Assembly: GCA_002269645.1 (NCBI GenBank)
Contig: NIVC01001313.1
Coordinates: 186,001 to 250,000 of the forward strand
Length of the DNA: 64,000 nucleotides
DNA from: Macrostomum lignano
Lineage: Eukaryota
Direction: 5' to 3'
Position 1 is the first letter of the stretch. Every line of letters begins with the position of its first letter. Shown here piece by piece: positions 38,285-51,351 of this stretch. The notes beneath the pieces were generated by a model that had not been told where the DNA came from, did no database searches, and saw only the letters and a program-made list of their open reading frames with translations. The translations under genes and the position numbers were made by a program.

Positions 38285-40025
38285 CTACTCAGCATCTGGA
38301 ACAATTGGCACCAAGTAGAATTTCTTTCGAGTTTCAAACTTCCAACTTGATTGTTGTTTTTTAGTCTCTAAAATTTTTCCACTTTTCGGATCTTTAACAG
38401 TCTGTTTGTAGCAAGTGAGGTGATCATTTATCCTATTACTCATGCTATAGACGTCCTCTTGTCCAGCAAAGCGTAGATAGACCCAGCACAAGCTATGGAT
38501 GAACCTCGAGCCACTGTACGGCAATCCATAGCTCTCCTGACCTGACAGAGCGGAGTAAGCTATGATTAGATCAGAACTGGAGTGATCAGTGATGGTTGCT
38601 TCTTGGTTAGCCAAGTAGTGTTTGGTGCATTTTAACTTTGAATCGTCAGCGCCTTCCGTTAATACTCCGTCAGATAAGTGTGACTCATTTTCCCGTTTCG
38701 AGCCATCAATAATTGTGCAACATTTGTTGAGCATCAAAAGCTTTGGCTTGTTGAGCAGACCTGGAGCTAAACGGAGTAATTGCTTCACATCCCTATCGGA
38801 AATATAGTCATCGTCTACACCGTAAAGTCGGCCTTTGCATCCGTGCGTGAGAATGACCACAGCTGCGCAGCTGCCGCAAGCCGTAGCGGCGAATTCTTCT
38901 ATCTCAGTCGTCATCTGAGCTGAGGTCAAGTCGTGCCGGATGTGAATGTTGCTGCTTTTGAAGCCTAACTTTTGAAACACGAACTTAAGATTTTCGCAGT
39001 CAATTCTTGTGCCGCTTCTTTTCGCGGAAGTTTCGAAATTTTCATTGCTAATAATAAGGAGGCTTCCGTCGCCTTTGTTTGCGTAACAAGCTTGTATATC
39101 ATGCACTTTTAAAGGCTTAAAGTTTTGTATATCCTTAAAGTCTTTATGATTCTTCAGGAGTCGAGCTTCGAAATCAAAAGCTTTTAACTGAACATCAGTG
39201 CTACCCATCATGATAAATTTTTGGCTATTCCTTTGCAGGCAATGAGCAATGTTCTCTATGGTGACACACTTTTCAATGGAACAATTGCTCAATGTGTTTA
39301 GGATGATGCTCAAAAAATTTACTAAACTTTTCTCGTCTCCTTTGCAATATATTAATCAAACGCTCCGATACATCTTTTTCCATTCATCCGCTGATTTTGG
39401 ACCGCGATCGAACTCATCAACTTCATCGCTCTCATACGGGCAACTCTCGGCCTCTCTTAAGAATATTAGTAACTTCCTGCAGTTCGGATTCGAGCCATTC
39501 ACACGTTGCAAAGCATGCAATAATTTAGTTGCAGGCTCCAGAATTCCGCTACTTGCCCAGATGAGATAAGCATCTAAGTGACTTGCCAATGTTTCAACTC
39601 TTTTAGAGAGAATCGGCAGAGTTGGATTCTGTTGAATGTTTCCAGCCGTTTTGAAGCCAATTTGCTCAAACAAATTCAAAAAGTTCCAAAGACATTCGAA
39701 GCCGTCTTCAAACTTATTGATTTTTCTGTCAGTCAAAACAGATGCCTTTTTAATGCGATAGCCTGATTTTGTATCGTTCGTATCGTATCGTCCTGATTTG
39801 TTTAGTAGTAATTGGAGCCAATTTGCATTATACTCTGTAAATTAATTGTTTATACAAGTCTGTTTATGCAAAACATAGTAAAATAGACCTACCGTCTTTT
39901 AGTTTTAATTCATGTTCAGAGCGCGTTGACTCGGTTGGAATGGCTGAAGATGTTTTATTGTTTATTGCTTGGCAGCCAGAAGATAATAAATGTACTGCAT
40001 GTAGTAGTTGTAGTAGTACATGCAT
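38285..40025 (-). pseudogene. Caspase-like gene copy A with one in-frame TGA (39358-39356); pseudogene, null allele or sequence error
   Basis: Exon 40025-39893, intron 39892-39835, then a long exon 39834-38285 whose two listed ORFs share a frame and are separated only by TGA. Caspase motifs RSGTRIDCENL, ILTHG, LNKCC and GSRFIHSLC. Confidence 0.8.
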
Positions 40026-40380
40026 GGTGCCCTTTGGCGTAGATAATAAACATGCACGTTGATCTTGTCGTCCGTCATTTGCTTTTTGGCCTTCTGGACT
40101 TCATCGGCTCTGAAAACAATGGTGACGTCAACAATGGCATGGTTGCACCTCCTCTTTCCCTTTCTCAATAATTTGTCTGCCTTTTGGCTTGCCCTTCCTC
40201 TCTCTCTTTGGATTCTGTTGTACCAACATTTCTCAATGCTTGTACATGTATCTGCGTCTCACACTATATTAATGGTTCACAAGTATCTCTACTCACAGAA
40301 GACTGAAGTTCAGTCAGTACTCAAATCCTTTGCGTAACACCCCTTCTTCAATATCCTAACTCCGACTCATCCAATTTTTT
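39893..40380 (-). repeat. Inverted paralogous segment (first exon plus upstream DNA) shared with 52915-53421
   Basis: For example GATCTTGTCGTCCGTCATTTGCTTTTTGG versus CAAAAAGCAAATGACAGACGACAAGATC, and CCTAACTCCGAC versus GTCGGAGTTAGG. Confidence 0.85.
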
Positions 40381-40934
40381 GCTAAGTAAAAATAATGAAT
40401 GGCTATGAGTGCATCAATGTTTTTTAACCAATTTTTAACATTGGTGCAATACATTTGGTGCAAGATTTAGCCATTCTCCACTGGCATTGTATTATTTTGG
40501 GCGCCTATTACCCATAGACATTTGGAGCGTGCAACAATACTTCAATGTTGCACGCTCCAAATATGTCTATGGCCCAAAGATCTGGGCAGTTTAGAGCAGT
40601 GAAGAGACGGGCCAAGCCAAGCCAAGCGAGGTCAGCGAGTTTGCGGCCAAAAAGCTGTCATCATGATTTACGAAGCATCAACGGGCGAGCCTATTGGATT
40701 GCTGCATGTGTCGCAAGGATTTGTCATTGGTTTGTCGTCGTACTAATACTATTTCATAAGTATTAGTATACTATTTCATAAGTATTAGTAGAGATAGTAT
40801 TAGTATTTGTAGTCACTTTAGAAATATTAGAGTAAATGATAACAAGCAAAAATGTACAAAAAGTTCAAACAAAGGATGGCCTATCAATTAGCTAGCACAG
40901 GCCACAGGCATTACCAGATATTCGACGTAGTACG

Positions 40935-41111
40935 AATTGGCCGAATAGTGAATTCGGCTAATCAGGAATTTCGGCAAATTCGGAATCGGCGAATCGGGAA
41001 TTTCGGCGAACCAGGAATCGGCGAATCGGGAATTTCGGCGAACCAGGAATCGGCGAATCGGGATTCGGCGAGCTGGGAATCGGAAAATCGGGATTCGGCG
41101 AATCGGGGGTA
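40935..41111. repeat. Tandem CGGCGAATCGGGA(A)TT subrepeat block, resembling one end of a foldback transposon
   Basis: Repeated motif ending in GGGGGTAGACC; no partner end found in the window. Confidence 0.5.
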
Positions 41112-43048
41112 GACCGTCTATGGTTGCTCTTTATGAAATAAAGCACGCTATTTTCAATTTTGCAGGCTTTGCAGTCAAAAATAGTGCCCGGAAAAGCGTG
41201 TTTTATCTACGTAAGTCATCCATTGCTTTAATGTAAAAGTCAAATGGTTTCGTTTAAACAAAAGCTTGTCTAAATCCTTGAAGCGGCTTGTCTTGAGGTT
41301 AGTTAAACAAATAAATTCTCTAGCAAATTTCGACGAACAATTCCCCTAATAAGGCCACCAGCGACGTAAAAGCGTTGCTGCTTCAGTCAATCGTATATAC
41401 CCCAAGCTGGTGTATAACTGTCAATCCTAGAACCCGCACCTATCATCCCATAAGAATTCTGGTTGCCTTAAGCTGCAAAATACAAGCTGGTGCACAACCT
41501 TGCCTGATCAAGTCTAGAGCGTGTTGTTATTCTGATAAAAGTTCATTCAATCGACTGTACTTCGCATTCATGACACCCACATCCCACACGGCATCAATGA
41601 GCGATCCAAGGTGCTCCATAACCCAGGCAGTCCCGCTTATTCTGCCGTCTGCCACATTGCTCCGAGTCTGGTAACCTGGCAGCCAAGGTTAAAGACAGCG
41701 TGGGGCGCCATTGTGCGGCCCTATCTACCAGCTTTCACCAAGGAAAGGAGCCTGCGAGAACAGTAGGATTGAGCAATGTGGATTTTTTTATGGAAGAGGA
41801 CTCTTCCCTTTCTCCCCCCCCCCCCTATAGCGGATATTTTTGTTGGTTTTATCCGCTACCTTCTGTCTCTGAAAAGCAAAGTATTGAACACGAAATTGAC
41901 TGACTTTATTGCCTGGGCTACATTCTTCCGTAGCCCCAAGCCTACGGCCGAGCTCGGGCCCGTAGTGGGAAGATCGGTGGAGTCTCAGACCGATGCGTGA
42001 GTATATTTAACTTTGCGGGGAGAGAGAATAAAAGGTTTTTAGCTCTCTCTCCTCCATTTTACCGTACACTTTGTCACGCGGCCACGCCACGAATTTTATG
42101 CCGCGACATACACAGCCATTCGTGCAGGGTGGAATATCAGCATTTGAGCGCTGATACCCCCTCTCTCTCTGTCTCTCTCTCTTATTTCTCTTCTCTCTCT
42201 TTTGTATTTTCCATGTTGATTTTAGTTAGCTACTGGTCGCGCCCCAACTGCCTGACAAGACGTAAATTCGAAGAGTTTTCCACGGATTTTCCACGGGTTT
42301 TCCGCGAATTTTCCAAGGTGGGTATACATGTGCGTACTCGATTTAGCACAAAATGCCTCTTTTATTGACACTTCTAAACTCTCAAGTCGCGCAATATTAA
42401 AAAGCAGAACTTCCATCTGTATTAGTGCTGCTACTCTGGAAAAAAGTGTTAGACCCTACAACCACTAATAGTAAGCATAGCTTTATCTGCCAGCACAGGA
42501 CAAACAGCAATTGGCAGCATTATTAGTAAAAGCAATTAATGCTGCGAGAAAATTAGTGAGGGCAGCCAGGTGAGTAAATCTTGTGAATAAACGATGTATA
42601 ATAAATCCTAAAATGACTCGATTACAAGCGTAGTCATGACCAGTTGATCAAGTACTTACGCTGTACATCAACCAAAAAGTGCTCTGCATGTTTGTATGTT
42701 GAGAAAAGAGCATTGCGCCTTGCACTGTAGGACATAGAATGCCATTTCATTCTCAGCAGGTTAAAACTCTTCAACGAGGTTAAGCTACGAGTTAGCACTG
42801 CATGGTCTCGGTCCCAACATGCCAAGTAATTTTATTGGTTCTCAGAATCATTTGCGGACCTGCTCTATCATGACTACGAGCTACGAGCGTATTTAAATTA
42901 GTAAGTCTATCGAGCTAAAATACAAACGCACAAAACATTTAACCTTCTAGGTTGACTTTAACAACTGACACCCGTTCAAAGACTGTTCAAAGAAATCATC
43001 TGTACCCGCGCGCAAGACTAAATATTTGTTTTTTCTGCCACCGGAATT

Positions 43049-44373
<1,325 letters not shown>

Positions 44374-46185
44374 GTAAGGATTTCATTTTTATTAAGATGC
44401 ATATACGAGCGTATTACGCGTTTGTGTGGAATTGAACACAGGATCTCATTAACAGTTTTCCAAAGGAGTTACTTAGCAAGCCTTTAGCACTTAAATAACT
44501 AATATGAATGAAGTGATAGGCTTTAATGATTCAGACAGTGAAGGTGCTGCTGGTGTAGCAGGTCCCCAGTAGGCTACAGAAAACAGCTTGGTCAACGGGA
44601 AGAACGACACATCTGAGGATTTCATCCCGAGGTTAGCAACTCGCATGCGCAGAGTCCCGAGATCGATTACGTGATCGATCTCGATCTCTCTCTGATTCGT
44701 CTTCAATATCCTGATGTCATTTTCCTGTCGCTAAAAATCACGGCAATCGCGTGTAAAATGAAGACAGGGAATTGTGGATGTGCTCAGGCAGATGGAGACG
44801 CAAGTTTTGGGTTTTGATAGGTTAGGTTGAGAGAACAAGGGGAGTGCGTTTTTATCTTCCGATAAGCTCATAATCGGTGTAACAGGTTTTATTTTCCTGT
44901 TATCTTCTGCTTGCATGACAGAAATACTTTCAAACACACTAGCTACTAAAGGTTCTGAGTGTGAAGCTCCCTTCTCAAAACTCGACGTACAGAATATTAT
45001 GTAAAGCAGCGCAGCTTATTGTCAACGAGAACTCGTAAGCATAATGCAAAGCAATAAATGGTTTGAGCGGTGTGGGGTTTGCACTCACGCAGTTTCTCTC
45101 CAATCGTCAAACCCCAAAGCATTTGCTGCGAGTCTTCGATGCCACACATTCGCAGGCTGCTGGCTTGGTCCTCAAACCTCAGCTTCGTTATTTTCCTTTG
45201 GGTATTGAGGTCGGCTCGTCTAGAGCTGGTCTGCTATCTGTGGTTGAGACGAGTAGAAGTCCTTCTTTTTTCCGCTCCGATGTAAGCGCTTTTCCACAGC
45301 ATTTCATTTAACGACAATGAATTTTAGCGAGCCCCCCCAAGACCTTTCGCCATCATTTGGCTCGTTTCGCCTCCCGGAACCTAGTTGTTCCTGCTCCGTG
45401 CTCAACTCATGGATGAATAAAATAACTACACCTTTTTCCATTCTATTTTGGCAAACGTGCAATCAAAGTCTAAATATTTTCATTCAATTCAGAAAGTTTA
45501 TGGTAGTTCTTGGCCGGATGTGCATTCAATTCCGACAAATGTGCTTTCAAAGCGACAATTTTCAAACAAAGCAAACAAGCTACCACGAGAAACCGACACT
45601 TTGCAATCAATTCAAACAATTTGCAATCAATTTTGACAGTTGGCTATGAATTTGCTTTTTCTGTCCTCCTATCTATGGCTCACACTGCAAAATTTCCAAT
45701 CAATTCCGACAAATTTCAATCTATTTAGACAAGCTACTTTTTACTTTGGGTGGGACCAGGGCTAAATGCCATAGACACATCATGGCGAGAAACTTGGAGA
45801 TTCGGAACACCCATAGATTTAGCCTTGCACAGGTACTTCTGTACTTTTGCAACGAACAGAAACGAGAGTTTTTTTCCAACTATTGAGGTTAGATGGGGCC
45901 ATGACTCAATGGTAGATTAAGTCTTTGGTTTCAAACTTGAATAATGATCAGCAGTCACGAGTGGCATAGTTTCATAATTCTGAAACCATAGACATAATCG
46001 CATTATCATATAGACTAGCTTTTTCTGTTGATCAATATGTAACGCCATTAAGCCACACCATTAAGTAACGCTGCAGTGTCTTCGTGCCATAGATATTGGC
46101 TCGGCAGTGAGCAGGGTCAAGGGAGCGCATAATCGGACCATAGACAATTTTTTAGAATACAGTTCTCTAAAAGAAAAGCTCGACC

Positions 46186-47005
46186 ATGAAGTCTGTTAGG
46201 AAGTTAAGAACTAGAAGCAAGAAGCGAGAGAAATCGAATAAAAAATGCCTCTTATCAACTAGAAAAATCTACCGGTCGACAGTTTAGATGGCGTCTCGTC
46301 TACTGAACTAGATTTTCTGAGTGAACTGAGCGCCGTGAACCACAGTTGCGATGAAATTCTTGGAGATTTTATCGACTACCTGTCTAAAATCGAGACGGCT
46401 GATGAGGCCGCTGCGGTTTCTAGTGTCGAGCTTCCAGAACTATCTGATTTACCCAGTGCGATGGATGTAGTCGAACTGGAATCACTGCCGAGCACTACAC
46501 GAGAACACATGTTTCTGTATGGCAAAATTTTCGTGGAGTTTTTAAAGAAGCATGGTGCTGTGGATGTGAGCTGTTCGACGTTATCTCGCACGCAAGCGTA
46601 ACAGAACCCTCAGGAAGGTTGCTACCGCTGTTAGTGACAATTTGGCGCCACCAACCGAGGCGACTACGAGTGCAACCACTACACCTTTTCACGTTCAATT
46701 TTGAACAAAGTCCAGTTCTAAAAAAACTAGCGGAAATTCAATTCAGACAATTCAGACTGGGGACAATTTTGTCTATGGCTAAACCTCGCTTCCGTAGCAG
46801 AATGTTTTGAACTGGGGTTTGTTGCCCCAGTCTGAATTGTCTGAATTGAATTTCCGCTAGTTTTTTTAGAACTGGACTTTGTTCAAAATTGAACGTGAAA
46901 AGGTGTAGTGCAACAGTCATGCAGCAAGCTCAAGTTTACATGCGAAGTGTGCAACAGCCGATGTTTGCCAACTGTCTCTTCGATGGGTGCACGTTCAACT
47001 TCTAA
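46186..47005 (+). pseudogene. Internally deleted Crypton-like tyrosine recombinase remnant interrupted by a MITE
   Basis: Basic N-terminus and an LPSTTREHMFLYGKIFVEFL helix. After removing 46677-46914 the frame reads AVRRYLARK...PMFANCLFDGCTFNF-stop, resembling YR catalytic-Tyr and Crypton/DUF3504-type C-termini. Confidence 0.5.
46677..46910. mobile_element. MITE with about 90-bp TIRs, CAC...GTG termini and 4-bp TSD CAAC (Chapaev/CMC-like)
   Basis: CAAC|CACTACACC...GGTGTAGTG|CAAC; removing the element plus one CAAC restores an open reading frame. Confidence 0.8.
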
Positions 47006-48125
47006 CAAAGAATATATAGCTCGTACTTATAAGTCTTAACTGTCGAAAATTAAATACTTTGGTATTCGTTTGCTTTGCTATATCCTCGATCTGTTTCCTG
47101 TTAAAGTTCTTGTTGCTTAAATTAATAAAAACAGTGAATTTCTCGCTCATAATCTATGGCAATTTATCGTGACTTAACAGCTTCATTAAAAAATGCATTA
47201 AAAAACGATAGTCTATATGATAATGCCATAGACACATCATGAAGAGAAAAAATTGAAACTGAAGTATGGGTACCATTTCATTTGACAGAACGAAGCATAG
47301 GAGCTACTGTAGCTTTTTGAATCGAATTTTATTGTACAGAAGAACGAACCAAAGCAGCATTTCGGCGTGATATGCTTGAGGGAGTAACGAATAGTACTGT
47401 AAACGTCGTCACCGGAGCCAACTGCACGGCTTGGTACAACCATTGTCTGACTTATGTACCGCGCTGCATTGCGGAAGTGCCGATTGATGGCTAAAATCTG
47501 ACTGCTGAATCTTTATGAACCTCATGAACTCTGCTGAATGTTTCAGTTTTAGTTGTCCTGTTGCATTTTGAAACATACTGTAAATGTACAGTCATAGATA
47601 GGAGGACAGAAAAAGCAAATTCATAGCCAACTGTCGGAATTGATTGCAAATTGTTTGAATTGATTGCAAAGTGTCGGTTTCTCGTGGTAGCTTGTTTGCT
47701 TTGTTTGAAAATTGTCGCTTTGAAAGCACATTTGTCGGAATTGAATGCACATCCGGCCAAGAACTACCATAAACTGTCTGAATTGAATGAAAATATTTAG
47801 ACTTTGATTGCACATTTGCCAAAATAGAATGGAAAAAGGTGTAGAAGTGTGATTTTTTGGTCCTAGCCATAGACAAGCACCAGCATCACAAGAGCTCAGA
47901 ATGCCGTACTTTCACATAGACAAATAGCCGCTGCAGAAGCTGCAAACCTTTATTATACCTTTTTGCTTCCTATTTGGTTTTTACTGCGTCCAATTTGGTG
48001 CGTTGCAAATAGCCCAGCAGAAGTCATGTTCACCATAGACTAAGAACTGAAGTCACCGAGCAATTTGGTTTTTTCGCGACCAATTTGGTTTATTTCACGT
48101 CACGTATGCATTCACTATCCTCTCT

Positions 48126-49596
48126 GGGTCTACGACGTTTGCCTGTGGGACGTTTGCCAGCCGACGTTTGCCTGTGGGACGTTTGCCAGCCGACGTTTGC
48201 CTGTGGGACGTTTGCCAGCCGAATTTGCCAGCCGACGTTTACCAGCCGACGTTTGCCTGCCGAACGTTTGCCAGCCGAAGTTTGCCTGCCGGAAGTTTGC
48301 CAGCCAAAAATTGCTAGCCAATACGCGTATAAAGCCAGTCAGTAAAATATTTGATACTGAAATATTCTCAGTTTAGCCGTTTGACAAAAACCGTTTTTAC
48401 TCCAACTTTTTGACGGTTATTTGCATATATACAAGTTCGAAAGCAAAATCTATATAAATTATGCAATTTATTAGTCCAACATCTAATATCCAGTTTAACG
48501 ACGATTTTCTTTAAATGCGAAAATATTGTTTACTTTTGACAATTGTGTATCGTTTTTCCCAGTTTGAGATGTTTGATTTTTGATGTGCAAAAGAAGACGC
48601 GCAGATTACAACGGGAATCTCCAGCGATTAAGTTATGAGGCAAACAAAAAAAGCTGCTGAGCGGTAATTCTGGCTCATATATTTCTCAGTTCATTGGGAG
48701 ATCCAAAAGTAAGCAAATTGATTCCAATTATGTTGTATTACTACTCAAGTAAGCCAGGAAACCGCGATCTCAAAGTACATGTGTAGACAAGTCGAATGCG
48801 GTACGTTTTTATAGTAAGCTATATAGCTGAATAGCCAGACAAGCCGCCAGTAGCAAGCTAGTAGGATAGCAAGCGCTAGACACTACGTATGCAAAGCTTA
48901 GTCACGCCAAGGACTACTAAAGTAGAAGTACGCAGCACTCAAAATCTATGAAAAATGTTTTGAAGGCCATAGGGAGATAGGAAGTTTTCATCTTTTCATC
49001 ACAACAATTGTTATTGCTTTCATACAAGGCAAACCCAATGTTCATCTTTTGATATGTTGTGCCAAAATCGTTGTTAAACTAGATATTAGACGTTAGACTG
49101 ATGAACTGCATAATTTATATATATTGCTTTCAAACTTGTATACATGCAAAAACCATCAAAAAGTTGGAGTAAAAACGGTTTTTGTCAAACGGCTAAACTG
49201 CGAATATTTGAGTATTAAATTTTTCACTGACTGGCTTTAAATTGGCTAGCAAATTTTGGCTGGCAAACTTCCGGCAGGCAAAAGTCGGCTGGCAAACGTC
49301 GGCTGGCAAATGTCGGCTGGCAAACGTCGGCTGGCAAACGCCAGCTGGCAAATGTCGGCTGGCAAACTTCCCGCAGGCAAACATCGGCTGGCAAACGTCC
49401 GGCAGTTAAACTTCGGCTGGCAAACGTCCCGCTGGCAAACGTCGGCTGGCAAACGTCCCGCCGGCAAACGTCGGCTGGCAAACGTCCGGCAGTTAAACTT
49501 CGGCTGGCAAACGTCCCGCTGGCAAACGTCGGCTGGCAAACGTCCCGCCGGCAAACGTCGGCTGGCAAACGTCCCGCAGGCAAACGTCGCTATCCC
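48126..49596. mobile_element. Non-autonomous foldback/MULE-like element with long subrepeat-containing TIRs and 9-bp TSD
   Basis: ATCCTCTCT on both flanks (48117-48125, 49597-49605); GGG...CCC termini; arms of roughly 370-530 bp with tandem GCCAGCCGACGTTT subrepeats. Confidence 0.88.
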
Positions 49597-49827
49597 ATCC
49601 TCTCTCTGTCCACCAGACGGACTTTAGCGTATGGTCCTCTCTGCGCCATTCTTTGCTTTAGCTATGCCTTCCAGCTATGGCCCAAATTGCTTGCAGTTAA
49701 AACCGAATTGATTTCTGTTGTCTATGGCTTTCTATAGTTTGTCTATGCAGAATCTCTACTATGCTGCCACGTCAGACCACAGAATATACAGTATATTCTG
49801 TGCGTCAGACTGCTGACAGCCACGCAC

Positions 49828-51351
49828 CATGGATTACTGGATCGCCAGAAGCTCGATTTTTTTGGTCCTAGCCATAGACAAGCACCAGCATCACAAGAAG
49901 CTCAGAATGCCGTACTTTCACACATAGACAAATAGCCGCTGCAGAAGCTGAAAACCTCTATTTATAAGTATACTTAGTAGGATAAGTGAAAATATTGCAA
50001 ATGTGAAGGCAAGCAAAGAATTAAACGAATATGTAAAGGAATTAATACAAAACAGACACGAAAGTAGGCAAGTAAGCAAACAAGTACGTAGACAGACAGC
50101 AAACAAACAAACAATAAAAGGCGAAAACAAACAGCCAAATGAGTTGCAAGCAAACCGCGCAAGACAAATGAGAGTCAAGTAAAGACAATAAATTCAAGGC
50201 GTCACCCGCACAATGCTAATTTGAAGTCACTGACCCATGAAAATAATTTTTGTTAGCATCTGACGCACAGTTGTTGTGTTCACATCGTTAAGCCTCCGAA
50301 GTACATGCCGCAACCTAAGAAAAGATATTTCTTAGAAATCGCCTGCACTAGAAAATATTGATGGTTTTCTTCGGGTGCTCCATTGCTGCAAACGTGAGCG
50401 AAGAGTGACAACTCGATACCCTGTTGGATGCAGATTGGAAGTAGACGATCGAGTATGTCTAGAGACAGTTCGTCAGTTCTGACTCCTTTCACAGCCGACT
50501 CGCAAATGTTCGCCAGTCGGCAAAGTGATGCTAATGGTCGAAAAAGACGACCGCGATCTTTGAGAGTAGTAAGCAGGTTGGTGTGCATCTCGCAATGAAG
50601 AGATGCCTTGCAGTTTTGAGGTTAAAGGTCGCTTCGGTACTTTTTCATTTTGCAACGCGTGGACCAAAAGTCTTAATCGTGCGCTTCTTGTGCTTCAGCC
50701 GCATCAACAGGCGCTGTCGGGTGTTTGGTGGTGGGTCAACTGATGTGCGTGTGGTTGCCGCGCTGCAACTGACAGGCATCGGCATCTCAAACTCACAGTC
50801 TCCAGTAGCTTCGTTTGCATAAGAGTTTGGATCGTGGAAGTCAGTGAGCTCTTGCGGTTCAAGATTAGTCCACTCAAGCTTCGGAACTGCGCCAGTCATC
50901 AGTCGCTTGCTCCTCACATGAGCCTGCATGTCTCGCTGTTCGAAGTGCAGCTCACAAAGGAACTTACGAGCTCCGAATTTGAAATGTGGCTTTGCTTGCA
51001 CATTGCTGTTCCACTGCGCTAGTCGATACGGATCACCGATTGGATAAGAAAAAAGGGTGACAGGTTTCGTGCCTTGTACACTTTTGGATAGGCATCCGAT
51101 TGCAGCACAAATTCTGACGTCCTTATTCATCTCGCGAAGCCATATTTTGCCGCCCTGCATATATTGCGAGCATGTGCTTGGACATAAAATAGAACACATA
51201 CTTCATAAATAAAGGTTTGCAGCTTCTGCAGCGGCTATTTGTCTATGTGTGAAAGTACGGCATTCTGAGCTTCTTGTGATGCTGGTGCTTGTCCATGGCT
51301 AGGACCAAAAAAATCGAGCTTCTGGCGATCCATTTATATTATTCATCCATG
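49828..51351 (-). mobile_element. Internally deleted P-superfamily transposon (THAP plus transposase C-terminus), 8-bp TSD
   Basis: CCACGCAC on both flanks (49820-49827, 51352-51359); CATGGAT...ATCCATG ends; about 125-bp subterminal inverted repeats; THAP ORF 51199-50645; C-terminal piece 50588-50280 with KDRGRLFRP. Confidence 0.88.
50645..51199 (-). CDS. THAP zinc-finger ORF (N-terminal part of P-like transposase), 184 aa
   Basis: CAAIGC...LFSYP...W...LCELHF...L..GAVP matches the THAP C2CH signature and AVP box. Confidence 0.85.
   Translation of the reverse strand: MCSILCPSTCSQYMQGGKIWLREMNKDVRICAAIGCLSKSVQGTKPVTLFSYPIGDPYRLAQWNSNVQAKPHFKFGARKFLCELHFEQRDMQAHVRSKRLMTGAVPKLEWTNLEPQELTDFHDPNSYANEATGDCEFEMPMPVSCSAATTRTSVDPPPNTRQRLLMRLKHKKRTIKTFGPRVAK

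Larger units (their letters stand above)
45424..47845. mobile_element. About 2.4-kb segment bounded by about 250-bp inverted repeats (45424-45678 / 47591-47845)
   Basis: The arms are near-identical reverse complements beginning CTACACCTTTTTCC, similar to the nested MITE termini. No clear TSD. Confidence 0.7.

Noticed and set aside
39356-39358. Selenocysteine recoding of the caspase TGA
   Set aside because: The position aligns to a non-catalytic Ser in the paralog and I could not identify a SECIS; a nonsense change is simpler.
41350-41700. Possible LINE reverse-transcriptase fragment on the minus strand (EHLGSLI)
   Set aside because: A single short motif with multiple stops is too weak to annotate.
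48065-49627. CQPTFASRRLPA-repeat ORFs resembling zinc-finger repeats
   Set aside because: These are translations of the foldback TIR subrepeats.
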